Assembly: GCA_018895015.1 (NCBI GenBank)
Contig: JAHIOX010000003.1
Coordinates: 962-64,961 of the forward strand
Source: Patescibacteria group bacterium
GTDB taxonomy: Bacteria; Patescibacteriota; Minisyncoccia; UBA9983
Reading direction: 5' to 3'
DNA: 64,000 nucleotides
In this document: positions 48,430 to 57,605 of the stretch, piece after piece
Layout: every line of letters starts with the position of its first letter
Numbering within the stretch: position 1 is the first letter of the stretch
The notes under the pieces: model-generated
What the model was told of the DNA's origin: nothing
Database searches by the model: none
What the model saw: the letters and a program-made list of their open reading frames with translations, nothing else
Translations under genes and position numbers: made by a program

Positions 48430-49488
48430 CTAAATCTTAAATTCCACCACATCCCCATCTTTTACAATATAATCTTTGCCCTCGGTGCGGATAAGGCCTT
48501 TTTCACGCGCGGCGGCGTACGAGCCGGCGCTAAGCAAATTCTGCCAATTTATTACATCCGCGCGGATGAATTTTTCTTTGAAGTCCGTGTGAATCGCGGC
48601 GCCCGCCTCTGGCGCGCGCGAATCTTTTTTAATCGTCCACGCGCGCGTCTCGTCCTCGCCGGTCGTGAAAAAAGTAATCAAGTTAAGCAATTTATACGCC
48701 TCAACAATCAGCTTATCAATCCTGCTTTGCGCGCCAAGCTCGTTTTTTTCTTCCTCGCTTATTTCAAGCAAATCCTCTTCGGTTTTTATATCAAGCGCAA
48801 CATGATCCTTCCCCTCTATGTCCGGGATGGAGAAAGGCAATTTCTGGCCGCTCTCAATATCGGACACATTATAGACATAAAGAATCGGCTTGAATGTAAG
48901 AAGATGTAAATCTTTCACAAGGGCGAGTTCGTCTTCACTTAAACCAAGCTCGCGCGCCGGTTCGCCCTTTTCCAGCGCTAACTTTATTTTTTTCACAACT
49001 TCCATTTTTTTTATTGCTTCTTTATCAAGCGCCCTTGCTTCTTTTTCCAGCTTCTGAACCCGCTTGTTCACTGCATCCAAATCAGCCAAGATTAATTCCG
49101 TTTCAATAATTCCAATATCGTTTTCCGGGTCTATTTTGCTATGCACATGAATAATTTTTTCATTTTTAAAAACCCGCACCACTTCCGCGATAACATCCAC
49201 TTCGCGGATATTAGCCAAAAATTTATTTCCAAGCCCCTCGCCTTCTGACGCGCCCTTTACCAACCCCGCGATATCAACAAACTCAATGACGGCCGGCACG
49301 ATTTTTTTGGAACGCGAAAATTCCGCCAGCTTTTGCAAACGCTCATCCGGAACTTGCACTACGCCAACATTAGGGTCAATGGTGCAAAACGGATAATTTT
49401 GTATATCAACTTGTTTTCTCGTGAGCGCCTTAAAAAGCGTGGACTTCCCAACATTCGGCAAACCGACTATTCCGATGGATACTGACAT
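48430..49488 (-). CDS. ychF: ribosome-binding ATPase YchF (Obg-family)
   Basis: G1 GLPNVGKST, TGS domain C-terminus. Confidence 0.95.
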   Translation of the reverse strand: MSVSIGIVGLPNVGKSTLFKALTRKQVDIQNYPFCTIDPNVGVVQVPDERLQKLAEFSRSKKIVPAVIEFVDIAGLVKGASEGEGLGNKFLANIREVDVIAEVVRVFKNEKIIHVHSKIDPENDIGIIETELILADLDAVNKRVQKLEKEARALDKEAIKKMEVVKKIKLALEKGEPARELGLSEDELALVKDLHLLTFKPILYVYNVSDIESGQKLPFSIPDIEGKDHVALDIKTEEDLLEISEEEKNELGAQSRIDKLIVEAYKLLNLITFFTTGEDETRAWTIKKDSRAPEAGAAIHTDFKEKFIRADVINWQNLLSAGSYAAAREKGLIRTEGKDYIVKDGDVVEFKI

Positions 49489-49550
49489 AAATATAATCTA
49501 GCAGATTGCTGGAAAAATAAAAATGGGCCGCGCGATGCGACCCGTACTTT

Positions 49551-50099
49551 TCAGATTATTTCATCTATTAAATTCAACTTTTTTGCCTCCTCGGCGCCGA
49601 GCACCCTGGACTCTTTGCAAAGCTTTTCAACAGGTTCGATACTCATCCCGCTTCTTTTGACCAGAATCCTAAAAATAGAGTTTTGATATTCCCATGATTT
49701 TGCCAAAGAATCATGCCTTTTTTGCTCATCAATTAATTCGCTTAGACTCCGAGTTACATTTATATAATGCATAATTAGGCAAGCATGCCTAACGGCTTTT
49801 CTCGTCCTGCAGGCCTGCAAAACAACAGAAGCCATTGAATTGGCTTCTCCTAGAACAACGCCAATGACAGGCGCCACTGACAATCTTATGCTGTCATAAA
49901 TTTGCAGTCCCGGCAAAACTTCTCCGCCGTCGCTTTTAATATAAAGCGTAATTTCTTCAGAACTGCGAGCATTCAGCCACGCAAGAGAAAAAATTATCCT
50001 GTCCGCCTGCGTTGGAGTTATTTTACCCGTCAAATGTATTATACGTTTTTCAAGCAAATCTTTGGAAAATTGCAATTCCATTTCGTTTATCAATTTCAT
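49551..50099 (-). CDS. ClpP-family protease subunit, divergent (Ser and His present, Asp position replaced by Ser)
   Basis: YIKSDGGEV / IYD, ANSMAS (Ser), LIMHY (His); no ERD motif. Confidence 0.6.
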   Translation of the reverse strand: MKLINEMELQFSKDLLEKRIIHLTGKITPTQADRIIFSLAWLNARSSEEITLYIKSDGGEVLPGLQIYDSIRLSVAPVIGVVLGEANSMASVVLQACRTRKAVRHACLIMHYINVTRSLSELIDEQKRHDSLAKSWEYQNSIFRILVKRSGMSIEPVEKLCKESRVLGAEEAKKLNLIDEII

Positions 50100-50413
50100 A
50101 GCACCGCCTCCTTCTCTATTTGCGCTTGAATGTATTTTGTTAATTTGCTATTATATTAATATAATAAATTTTTTCAGAAATGTCAATGCAAGCGGGTCGA
50201 TTTTATCAAATTTTAAACAATATTTAAAATGGAAAAAGAGGAAAAATTTCCTTTATCGCCGAAAAAAGAAACTGAAGAAAAAAGAGGAGCGGTTGTGACT
50301 CCTGACCTAGGCGAAGTTTTAACAAAAGAAGCAGCCGACGAAAGAAAGCGAGAGCGTGAGGAAAGTCCAAACTGGTGGAGAGAACAGCCATAAAACGGTG
50401 TATAATTAAAATA

Positions 50414-51244
50414 ATGACACAAGTGGGTTGCCATGTTTCAATCGCGCGAGGCATAGAAAATTCGCCGAAAATAGCGTATGAATTGGGATGCGAGGCGATG
50501 CAGATTTTTACGCGTTCGCCGCAGGGCGGCGCGGCCGCTAAAATTTCAGAAGAAACCGCCAAAAAATTTAAAGTGGAATGCGGAAAATACAAAATCAAAA
50601 ATATTTATGTCCATACGCCGTATTACATAAACCTCGCTTCAAAAAATAACCGCGTCCGATACGGTTCAATCAACGCCATAAGAATAGAACTTGAAAGGGC
50701 CGGCGCGCTCGGCGCGAAATACGTGATGACCCATCTCGGCTCCGCAAAAGAATTGGGCGCGGAAGAATCTTTTAAAAAAGTTATTGAGGGACTGAAAAAA
50801 GTTTTGGACGGATATAAAGGAACAACGAAACTTCTTATTGAAAACAGCGCCGGCGCCGGAGATATAATCGGCGCGGATTTTGAAGAAATCGGGAAAATCC
50901 TATCGGAGCTAAACGCCCTGCCTGCGCTGGCAGGCATTTGCCTGGACACCCAGCACAGTTTTGCGTCCGGCTACGACTGGAAAAATGATTTTGATAAAAA
51001 TATGAAAATTTTGGGAAAACATATCGGATTTAAAAATGTGAAGCTCATTCACGCGAACGACAGCGCGAGCGAGACTGGCTCGCGCAAAGACAGGCACGCT
51101 AATATCGGCGACGGGAAAATCGGTTTGGAAGGGTTCAAAAAAATCGCGCGTTTCGCGAAAAAAAACAAAATAGATATGATTTGCGAAACCGCTTATCCGG
51201 GCGTAATACAGGACATAAAAATCCTGAAAAACTTCATTAGATAA
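50414..51244 (+). CDS. nfo: endonuclease IV (AP endonuclease family 2)
   Basis: VGCHVS, HTPYYINLAS, LIENSAG, CLDTQHSFASGYD, HANDSA..GSRKDRHANIG; TATAAT 7 nt before ATG. Confidence 0.9.
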   Translation: MTQVGCHVSIARGIENSPKIAYELGCEAMQIFTRSPQGGAAAKISEETAKKFKVECGKYKIKNIYVHTPYYINLASKNNRVRYGSINAIRIELERAGALGAKYVMTHLGSAKELGAEESFKKVIEGLKKVLDGYKGTTKLLIENSAGAGDIIGADFEEIGKILSELNALPALAGICLDTQHSFASGYDWKNDFDKNMKILGKHIGFKNVKLIHANDSASETGSRKDRHANIGDGKIGLEGFKKIARFAKKNKIDMICETAYPGVIQDIKILKNFIR

Positions 51245-51247
51245 ATT

Positions 51248-51280
51248 TACCACTTATCTGCGATAGCAAGTAAATGGTAA
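51248..51280. repeat. hairpin-repeat family copy 3 (CCACTTATCTGCGATAGCAAGTAAATGG)
   Basis: matches 6378-6405 and 7019-7055. Confidence 0.5.
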
Positions 51281-51301
51281 ATATGTAAATCTATTGATTG
51301 C

Positions 51302-51350
51302 GCAAATTGGAAAAGTTGAAAAAAACCGAAAATCTACTAGAATAAAAAAC
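51302..51350 (+). promoter_or_regulatory. duplicated promoter module (GCAAATTGGAAAAGTTGAAAAAAACCGAAAATCT; TTGAAA-16-TAGAAT) upstream of the peptide gene
   Basis: 34-bp identical copy at 53605-53638 forms the tRNA-Ala promoter. Confidence 0.5.
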
Positions 51351-51379
51351 AGATAAAGATTATTGGCAAGGAGGAGATT

Positions 51380-51508
51380 ATGGAAAAACCATATGAAAAA
51401 CCACGAATCAAAAAGCTGGAGAAAATGACTTTCCCAATGGATATCATCACAAAAAAGACAGGGAAAGTAGTCTGCAAACAATGCTCCAGCTGCCACAACT
51501 GCCGATAA
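51380..51508 (+). CDS. 42-aa Cys-rich peptide MEKPYEKPRIKKLEKMTFPMDIITKKTGKVVCKQCSSCHNCR
   Basis: AAGGAGGAG SD 6 nt upstream; strong terminator downstream; not in the 60-aa ORF track. Confidence 0.45.
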   Translation: MEKPYEKPRIKKLEKMTFPMDIITKKTGKVVCKQCSSCHNCR

Positions 51509-51530
51509 CTTTTAAAGTTATTGGCCAACT

Positions 51531-51567
51531 CAAAAGCCCCGACGTCGGGGCTTGATTTTTTTTATTC
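51531..51567. terminator. bidirectional terminator AGCCCCGACGTCGGGGCT + T8
   Basis: 9-bp GC stem, T8 run; A-run on the other side. Confidence 0.65.
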
Positions 51568-51570
51568 CTG

Positions 51571-52575
51571 TTATTTTTTTAACGCGTCTTCCAGCGCCGA
51601 ATAAAAATCTTGGCCGGCCGATTCCGGCCTCTCTTCAAAACCGTACAATTCTTTAAAAATTTGCGTGGGGTCAACAACCGCTATTTCTATTCCCCTTTTT
51701 TGCAATTCTCTCAAAATTCTCAAGTGCTCTTTAAACCAACTTTTGCCAATCCCAAATGTTCTTTCTAATTCATCAGCGGTTTCTCTAATTTTTTCTTTTG
51801 CGTCCTCCTTGTATTCTTTTCCTGGCGCTGTTAAATCCATCTTCCCGATTTTTAGCCAGCTCAATCCCCTTTTTACCAAACTTTGCCTGTAAGTAACGGC
51901 GGGCGACAAGGAATAAATAACTAAATCATAGCCGTCCGGCAAACCTTCTGAACCGTCAAAACGCTTCAGCTTGCCGTCAGCGTCTCTTTCGTTATCCAAG
52001 CCATGCACATCTTCTATAATATTTGCGTTCCCTTGCCATTTCGGAGGAAAAATTTTTTGATAATCTCTATCCCAAGAAATAATGCTTTGCTCGGAACATT
52101 TTTCAGACAGCTCCTTAGTTAAAACAGTTCTTAATGTCGCTTTTCCAGATATGCCGATTCCGCTGACTAAAATGTTAAAAGGTTCCGGAGACTGCTTTGA
52201 TTTATTGACAAATTTTTCCTTAACGCCATCAACGAAATTTCCGAATTTCTCCAGTTTTTGAAAATATTTTTCCGGAGAACTGAAAAATCCCCTCTGGCGC
52301 GACTCCGGATTTACAGAAGAAAGATTTTTAGCTCCCAAATAATTTAATACTAAAAGCTCTAATTCTTCTCTTTCAAAATCTTCCGCCTTAAAATCTCCTT
52401 TTTCATAATCAGAAAGATGTTTCTGGGTCAATTCAAACCATCTTTTATCCTGCTCCTCAATTGAAAAATTATTTAGGTTTTCCCAAATTTCAGGATTTAT
52501 ATTTCTCAAAAAATTCTCAGTGGCTGATTTCCTTTCTCCATCCTCAATTTTATTTTCCAACATACTTTCTTTCAT
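51571..52575 (-). CDS. P-loop NTPase/kinase-like hypothetical protein
   Basis: deviant Walker A VSGIGISGKATL; no close family recognisable. Confidence 0.45.
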   Translation of the reverse strand: MKESMLENKIEDGERKSATENFLRNINPEIWENLNNFSIEEQDKRWFELTQKHLSDYEKGDFKAEDFEREELELLVLNYLGAKNLSSVNPESRQRGFFSSPEKYFQKLEKFGNFVDGVKEKFVNKSKQSPEPFNILVSGIGISGKATLRTVLTKELSEKCSEQSIISWDRDYQKIFPPKWQGNANIIEDVHGLDNERDADGKLKRFDGSEGLPDGYDLVIYSLSPAVTYRQSLVKRGLSWLKIGKMDLTAPGKEYKEDAKEKIRETADELERTFGIGKSWFKEHLRILRELQKRGIEIAVVDPTQIFKELYGFEERPESAGQDFYSALEDALKK

Positions 52576-52585
52576 GCCAATAATC

Positions 52586-53575
52586 TTAATTTAATTTTAA
52601 AATTTTTTCAATCTCGCTCCTGTTTTGATTCAATAATTCCAGCTCCTTAAACAACCCGTTGTTTGCGTGCCGCCAATCTTTTTTATTTCCGGACAATATG
52701 GCATGCAAACAAAAAGCCAGCGCTCTTTCCAAGACCGCGAAATTAATGGCGTCCAATAAAAACTTCTTCTCCGGTAAAGACAGTTTTCTCTCTTTTTGGT
52801 AACCGCCTATCAAGGCGCGGAAATTATCATTGCTCCATTTTTTCCAATTATTCGTAAAGCACCATCCCCTGCACGCCTGGCCCAAATCTAAAACAATCTT
52901 TCCGTAATAAGCTCTGTCAAAATCCACTATTGCCGAGATTTTATTTTTATTCCACAAAACATGCCGTTTCCCTAAATCTTCATGTATCATGCCAGCGGGC
53001 AAAATGTTGGGAAAATCCAAAGATAAAATTTCTTTTTCGTATTTTTCCAAAAACTTTCCTCTGTCTTTAAAACTGCTTTTTAAAATGATCGCCTTCGCTT
53101 GCTTAAAATGTTTCTGCGTTTCTTTCAAATCAAAAATATTCGTTCTTTTATTTTTAGTTTTGTAGTTTTCCGTAAGCGAATGAAACCGTCCCACTACTTC
53201 TCCGAACTTTTTTATCTCGCCTATCAAAGGATTCAGCTTCTCTGCCGCGTTTGAAAATTCTCTTAAATATCCGCAATGCTTTTTCCAAGAAACAATTTCC
53301 TCTCCATCATTAGTTTTAACCGGGCAATACACCGGAAAATTATTTTTCTTTAGGTAATTTAAAAGCTCTAATTCAGCCTCTATCTCTTTCTTGCTGCGCC
53401 AGCGATGCCCAAACGGGCATAATCTTAAAAAATATGATTTGTCCGCGGTTTTTATTACATACGCTATATTTCCGCTGGTTGCCAAAGGGCTGATCTTTTT
53501 TATTTTTTCCAAATTGAATCGCGCCAAAATTTTACCCAAGGCAACGGAAGAAAATTTTTGTTTGCTCAATCGCAT
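52586..53575 (-). CDS. APH/homoserine-kinase-II-like phosphotransferase
   Basis: IHEDLGKRHVLWN (HxD) and IVDFDRAYYGKIVLDLG motifs. Confidence 0.6.
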   Translation of the reverse strand: MRLSKQKFSSVALGKILARFNLEKIKKISPLATSGNIAYVIKTADKSYFLRLCPFGHRWRSKKEIEAELELLNYLKKNNFPVYCPVKTNDGEEIVSWKKHCGYLREFSNAAEKLNPLIGEIKKFGEVVGRFHSLTENYKTKNKRTNIFDLKETQKHFKQAKAIILKSSFKDRGKFLEKYEKEILSLDFPNILPAGMIHEDLGKRHVLWNKNKISAIVDFDRAYYGKIVLDLGQACRGWCFTNNWKKWSNDNFRALIGGYQKERKLSLPEKKFLLDAINFAVLERALAFCLHAILSGNKKDWRHANNGLFKELELLNQNRSEIEKILKLN

Positions 53576-53604
53576 AAATTTATTTTATTATACAACACCC
53601 TAAC

Positions 53605-53647
53605 GCAAATTGGAAAAGTTGAAAAAAACCGAAAATCTGCTAATATC
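53605..53647 (+). promoter_or_regulatory. tRNA-Ala promoter (TTGAAA-16-TAATAT), second copy of the duplicated module
   Basis: hexamers 53619-53624 / 53641-53646, 13 nt upstream of the tRNA 5' end. Confidence 0.5.
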
Positions 53648-53659
53648 ATTACTGTGATT

Positions 53660-53732
53660 GGGCCCGTAGCTTAGTTGGTAGAGCGCCTCGTTTGCAACGA
53701 GGAGGTCAGCGGTTCGAATCCGCTCGGGTCCA
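53660..53732 (+). tRNA. tRNA-Ala (anticodon UGC)
   Basis: cloverleaf with 7-bp acceptor containing G3:U70, anticodon loop TTTGCAA, T-loop GGTTCGAATCC; CCA not encoded. Confidence 0.9.
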
Positions 53733-53778
53733 CAACGTCAGGTTTTAAAAAATTTGTTGATGGTGTATAATTGGAAGG

Positions 53779-54780
53779 ATGAAAAAAACAATTCTTACCG
53801 GCGACAGGCCCACTGGCAAATTGCACCTTGGCCACTATGCCGGCTCATTATTAAACAGGATAAAACTGCAGGAACAACACAACCAGTTCATAATGATAGC
53901 CGACACACAGGCATTGACCGACAATGCGGAAAATCCCGCGAAGATTCGCGAAAATGTTTTGGAAGTGGCGCTTGATTATCTTGCTATCGGCATTGACCCG
54001 AATAAAACCACCATATTTATACAATCTTTGATACCGGAGCTCGCGGAGCTTACGATGTATTTTCTGAATTTGGTAACTCTTGCAAGATTGCAAAGAAACC
54101 CGACCGTAAAATCCGAGATGGCACAAAAGGGGTTTGGCGCGGATGTGCCTGCCGGTTTTTTAATTTATCCCATAAGCCAAGCGGCAGACATCTTGGCCTT
54201 TAAAGCCGATTTGGTGCCGGTCGGCGAAGACCAATTGCCGATGATAGAACAGGCCAACGAAATAGTTGAAAAATTCAATAGGTTTTACGGCCCGGTTTTC
54301 AAAAAAGTAAAAGCCGAACTTTCTGAAACAGGCAGGCTCCCGGGCATAGATGGAAAAAGCAAAATGAGCAAATCGCTGGACAACGCCATTTATCTTTCCG
54401 ACACCGCTGAAGAAATAAAAAAGAAAGTAATGGATATGTACACCGACCCAGGACATATACACGCCGAAGACCCTGGCAAAGTGGAGGGCAATATTGTTTT
54501 CAGTTATTTGGACGCCTTTGGCGCGGACAAAAAAGAACTGGAAAAAATAAAAGAGCGCTATCAACGCGGAGGGCTTGGCGATGTGGCGCTGAAAGAAAAA
54601 CTGATTAACATACTCGAAGAATTAATAAACCCAATCAGAGAACGGCGCGAGATTTTATCCAAAAATCCAAAAGCGATTATGTCCATGCTTGAAACCGGAT
54701 CTGAAAAAGCCAGATCTGTCGCGAAAGAAACTCTGTCAGAAGCCAAAAAAGCGATGCGATTAAACTATTTTTCAGAATAA
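53779..54780 (+). CDS. trpS: tryptophanyl-tRNA synthetase
   Basis: GDRPTGKLHLGHY (HIGH), KMSKS. Confidence 0.95.
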   Translation: MKKTILTGDRPTGKLHLGHYAGSLLNRIKLQEQHNQFIMIADTQALTDNAENPAKIRENVLEVALDYLAIGIDPNKTTIFIQSLIPELAELTMYFLNLVTLARLQRNPTVKSEMAQKGFGADVPAGFLIYPISQAADILAFKADLVPVGEDQLPMIEQANEIVEKFNRFYGPVFKKVKAELSETGRLPGIDGKSKMSKSLDNAIYLSDTAEEIKKKVMDMYTDPGHIHAEDPGKVEGNIVFSYLDAFGADKKELEKIKERYQRGGLGDVALKEKLINILEELINPIRERREILSKNPKAIMSMLETGSEKARSVAKETLSEAKKAMRLNYFSE

Positions 54781-54786
54781 ACGCTT

Positions 54787-55623
54787 ATGATAGGAGTTAT
54801 TTTATCATCCATAGCGACTTTTTTTGATGAAATTTCCTCTTCAATCGGGAAAAACAAGGTAAACAACCACGAAGAAAGCGCTTACACAATGGGTTTTTTG
54901 TGCCTTATCTGGGGCGCTATTTTTTTCTTTGTAATCGGGCTTTTAAAAGGAGGCGAGTTTTATTTTTCTTTGGCTTCCCTGCCCACTTTCAGCATTCGCG
55001 CCTTTCTTGAAATAATCCAGATGCACATAAGCGTACTTGCCGTTGTAAAAGCGGACAGAACAACTTTTAATTTCATACGCGTCGGCACTCTGCCTCTGCT
55101 GTTTATCGTTGACTTATTAATGGGATACGCTATAGACCCAAAACAAATGCTCGGCATCGGCATTATCATATTGGCTTTTATAATTATTCTTTTAAGCCAC
55201 AAATTCGGTAAAAAAGGATTCGGGCTTGTTTTATTTACCGCGATAAACGCCGTCGCCACAATCTCGCTTTATAAATACGATATAACGAATTTTAATTCCG
55301 TTGAAGCGGAGCAAGGCATAATTTACGCGATTTTGATTATTTACTTTTTCATTGTCGCCCATTATGTCGCCAAAGAAAACCCTCTGCGTTTTTTGAAAAA
55401 ACCGATTTTCTTTACACAGTCAATCACACAAGGCATCGGCGGAGTGATTGAAAGTTTCGCGTACAGCTTCGGCCCGGCTTCCATTATTCTCGCGGCAAAA
55501 AGATCTTCCGCGATTTTATGGTCAACCCTCTCTGGAAATTTTTACTTTAAAGAAAAACACATTCTGTTTAAATTATTTTTGTTCGTGTTTTTAACGGCAG
55601 GCATTATATTGCTCGTGCTTTAA
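54787..55623 (+). CDS. polytopic membrane protein (EamA/DMT-like, tentative)
   Basis: about 10 TM helices in two halves. Confidence 0.4.
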   Translation: MIGVILSSIATFFDEISSSIGKNKVNNHEESAYTMGFLCLIWGAIFFFVIGLLKGGEFYFSLASLPTFSIRAFLEIIQMHISVLAVVKADRTTFNFIRVGTLPLLFIVDLLMGYAIDPKQMLGIGIIILAFIIILLSHKFGKKGFGLVLFTAINAVATISLYKYDITNFNSVEAEQGIIYAILIIYFFIVAHYVAKENPLRFLKKPIFFTQSITQGIGGVIESFAYSFGPASIILAAKRSSAILWSTLSGNFYFKEKHILFKLFLFVFLTAGIILLVL

Positions 55624-55632
55624 TTTTCAAAA

Positions 55633-56877
55633 TTATTCATAACGCAACGCTTCTATCGGATGCTTGCGCGAAGCTTTGCGCGCCGGATAAATACCGAATA
55701 CCAGCCCGACAAACGCCGCCACGCAAAAACCGATGATTGCGGCTGAAACAGGGAAAGCAAAAGACCAATCCATTGCTAAAACACTTGTTAAAATAATTGC
55801 CGCGGCCAAAGAAAAAATAGCTCCCAGCGCGATTCCAATAATTCCTCCAGTTACAGTCAGCGCGATTGCCTCGAACAAAAACTGAAACAAAATATCGCTG
55901 TCCGTAGCTCCAATGGCTTTTCTCAAACCAATTTCCCGGGTTCTTTCCGTTACTGAAACAAGCATTATATTCATAATTCCGATTCCTCCGACAATCAGCG
56001 AGATTGCCGCAACGGCAACCAAAAACATAGTAAGAATATCGGTTATTGTGCTGACCATTTCCATGGCATCTGCCTGGCTTGTCACGTTAAAATCGTCTTT
56101 TTCCGGATCGGTTATATTGTGAGAATTTCTCAAAGTAATTTCTATGTCTTCAACTGTCCGAATAATATTTTCTTCAGTATCCGCCTCCACTATCAGATGC
56201 TGAAAATGTTTAATCCCCAAAATATACCTTTGAGCCGTAGTGTACGGCATAATCACCACTTCGTCAAAACCTATAAGCATTCCTTGTCCTTTTGTGTCTA
56301 AAACGCCGATTACTTTGAAATTTCTTCCTTTGATTTTTATCTTCTGGCCGACCGCTTCATTATAATTTTCAAAAAGTTCTTCCTTTACTCCTGAACCGAT
56401 AACAACCACATCCGCGTAACTCTTGACATCATCCTCGGTAAGAAATCTGCCTTGGCCCGAACTTACATTGTAAAGTTTTTCAGCGGCGTCAGTCATTCCA
56501 TAAATAGTCGCCTGGTATGTCTCGCTTCCAAACGCGACGCTCTCACTGCCAAAAACTAACGGCATAATCGTTGTAATATGAGGAGCATTGCTTTTTTGGG
56601 CAAGCGCGTCAACATCTTTTTGCTTCAACGAATCGGAAAATATGGACATGATATCAGTCGGCCCTTTTGGTTGTCTGCCCGGAGCGATTTCAATCACTTT
56701 GGAACCGACTTGACCTTGTATCTGGCCTAATATCAAATTTTGCGCTCCTTGCCCCAAAGCGGCTATAAGTATTATGGATGTAATGCCAATAACTATCCCG
56801 AGAACAGTAAGAGCGGAGCGGGATTTATTCACCCTAAGCCCTTCAAAAGAAGTTTTAAATATATTTTTGAACTTCAT
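55633..56877 (-). CDS. ABC transporter permease, MacB/FtsX-like
   Basis: N-terminal TM, large periplasmic domain, C-terminal FtsX 3-TM bundle. Confidence 0.85.
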   Translation of the reverse strand: MKFKNIFKTSFEGLRVNKSRSALTVLGIVIGITSIILIAALGQGAQNLILGQIQGQVGSKVIEIAPGRQPKGPTDIMSIFSDSLKQKDVDALAQKSNAPHITTIMPLVFGSESVAFGSETYQATIYGMTDAAEKLYNVSSGQGRFLTEDDVKSYADVVVIGSGVKEELFENYNEAVGQKIKIKGRNFKVIGVLDTKGQGMLIGFDEVVIMPYTTAQRYILGIKHFQHLIVEADTEENIIRTVEDIEITLRNSHNITDPEKDDFNVTSQADAMEMVSTITDILTMFLVAVAAISLIVGGIGIMNIMLVSVTERTREIGLRKAIGATDSDILFQFLFEAIALTVTGGIIGIALGAIFSLAAAIILTSVLAMDWSFAFPVSAAIIGFCVAAFVGLVFGIYPARKASRKHPIEALRYE

Positions 56878-57605
56878 TTAATAAATGTGTGATGGCGGCT
56901 TGCGACTTTTTCGTCTTTTTCTATTAATCCGTCTTTCAAGCGAATGATTCTTTGCGAGTATTCGGCAGTATATGTTTCGTGGGTTATAAGCACGATTGTA
57001 TTGCCGCTCTCGTGCAAGCTATCAATAAGTTCCATAATCTGCCCGCCGGATTTTGAATCCAAATTACCAGTCGGTTCATCAGCAAACACAATGGAAGGAT
57101 TATTCACAATAGCTCTGGCTATTGCCACCCTTTGCTGTTCCCCGCCTGAAAGCTGGGAGGATTGATGGTTAATTCTATGCCCCAACCCGACTTTTTCAAT
57201 GGCCCGCATCGCTATATCATTCCATTCCGGCTCTTTTTTACCCGAATACATAAGAGGCAATTTTACATTCTCAAAAACAGTCGCGCGCCTCAACAAATTA
57301 AAAGACTGGAAAATAAAACCCATTTTTTCATTTCTTACTTTTGCGATTTCTTCTTTGGAATAATCGTCAATTGTTTTCCCTTCAAATCTGTACTCGCCTC
57401 TTGTGTGCCTGTCTAAAAATCCGAGTATGTGAAGCAATGTTGATTTTCCGGAGCCGGAAGGCCCCATTATGGCGACGAATTCTCCCGCGTTGATATCAAA
57501 AGAAACGCCACGCAACGACGGCGTTTCAACATCCTCGTTATAGTAAATTTTTTCTAAATTTTTAACCGCAATAATCGGCATTTTATTCCTCTTTAACAAA
57601 AACAA
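56874..57605 (-). CDS. ABC transporter ATP-binding protein (MacB/LolD-type)
   Basis: Walker A GPSGSGKST, signature LSGGEQQR, Walker B VFADEPT. Confidence 0.95.
   Translation of the reverse strand: MFLLKRNKMPIIAVKNLEKIYYNEDVETPSLRGVSFDINAGEFVAIMGPSGSGKSTLLHILGFLDRHTRGEYRFEGKTIDDYSKEEIAKVRNEKMGFIFQSFNLLRRATVFENVKLPLMYSGKKEPEWNDIAMRAIEKVGLGHRINHQSSQLSGGEQQRVAIARAIVNNPSIVFADEPTGNLDSKSGGQIMELIDSLHESGNTIVLITHETYTAEYSQRIIRLKDGLIEKDEKVASRHHTFIK

Noticed and set aside
50355-50400. GAGGAAAGTCC string resembling the RNase P RNA P4 5' strand
   Set aside because: It lies 40 nt upstream of the well-supported nfo start, and no complementary P4 3' strand (ACAGAA..GGCUUA-like) or other conserved RNase P regions follow. 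The segment also reads as an unbroken small ORF (MEKEEKFPLSPKKETEEKRGAVVTPDLGEVLTKEAADERKRERERESPNWWREQP). Most likely coincidence.
51302-53638. 34-bp direct repeats as att sites of an integrated element at tRNA-Ala
   Set aside because: No integrase or recombinase between them. The repeat lies on the 5' side of the tRNA and coincides with the -35/spacer of two promoters, so promoter duplication explains it more simply. It is kept as an alternative in the findings.
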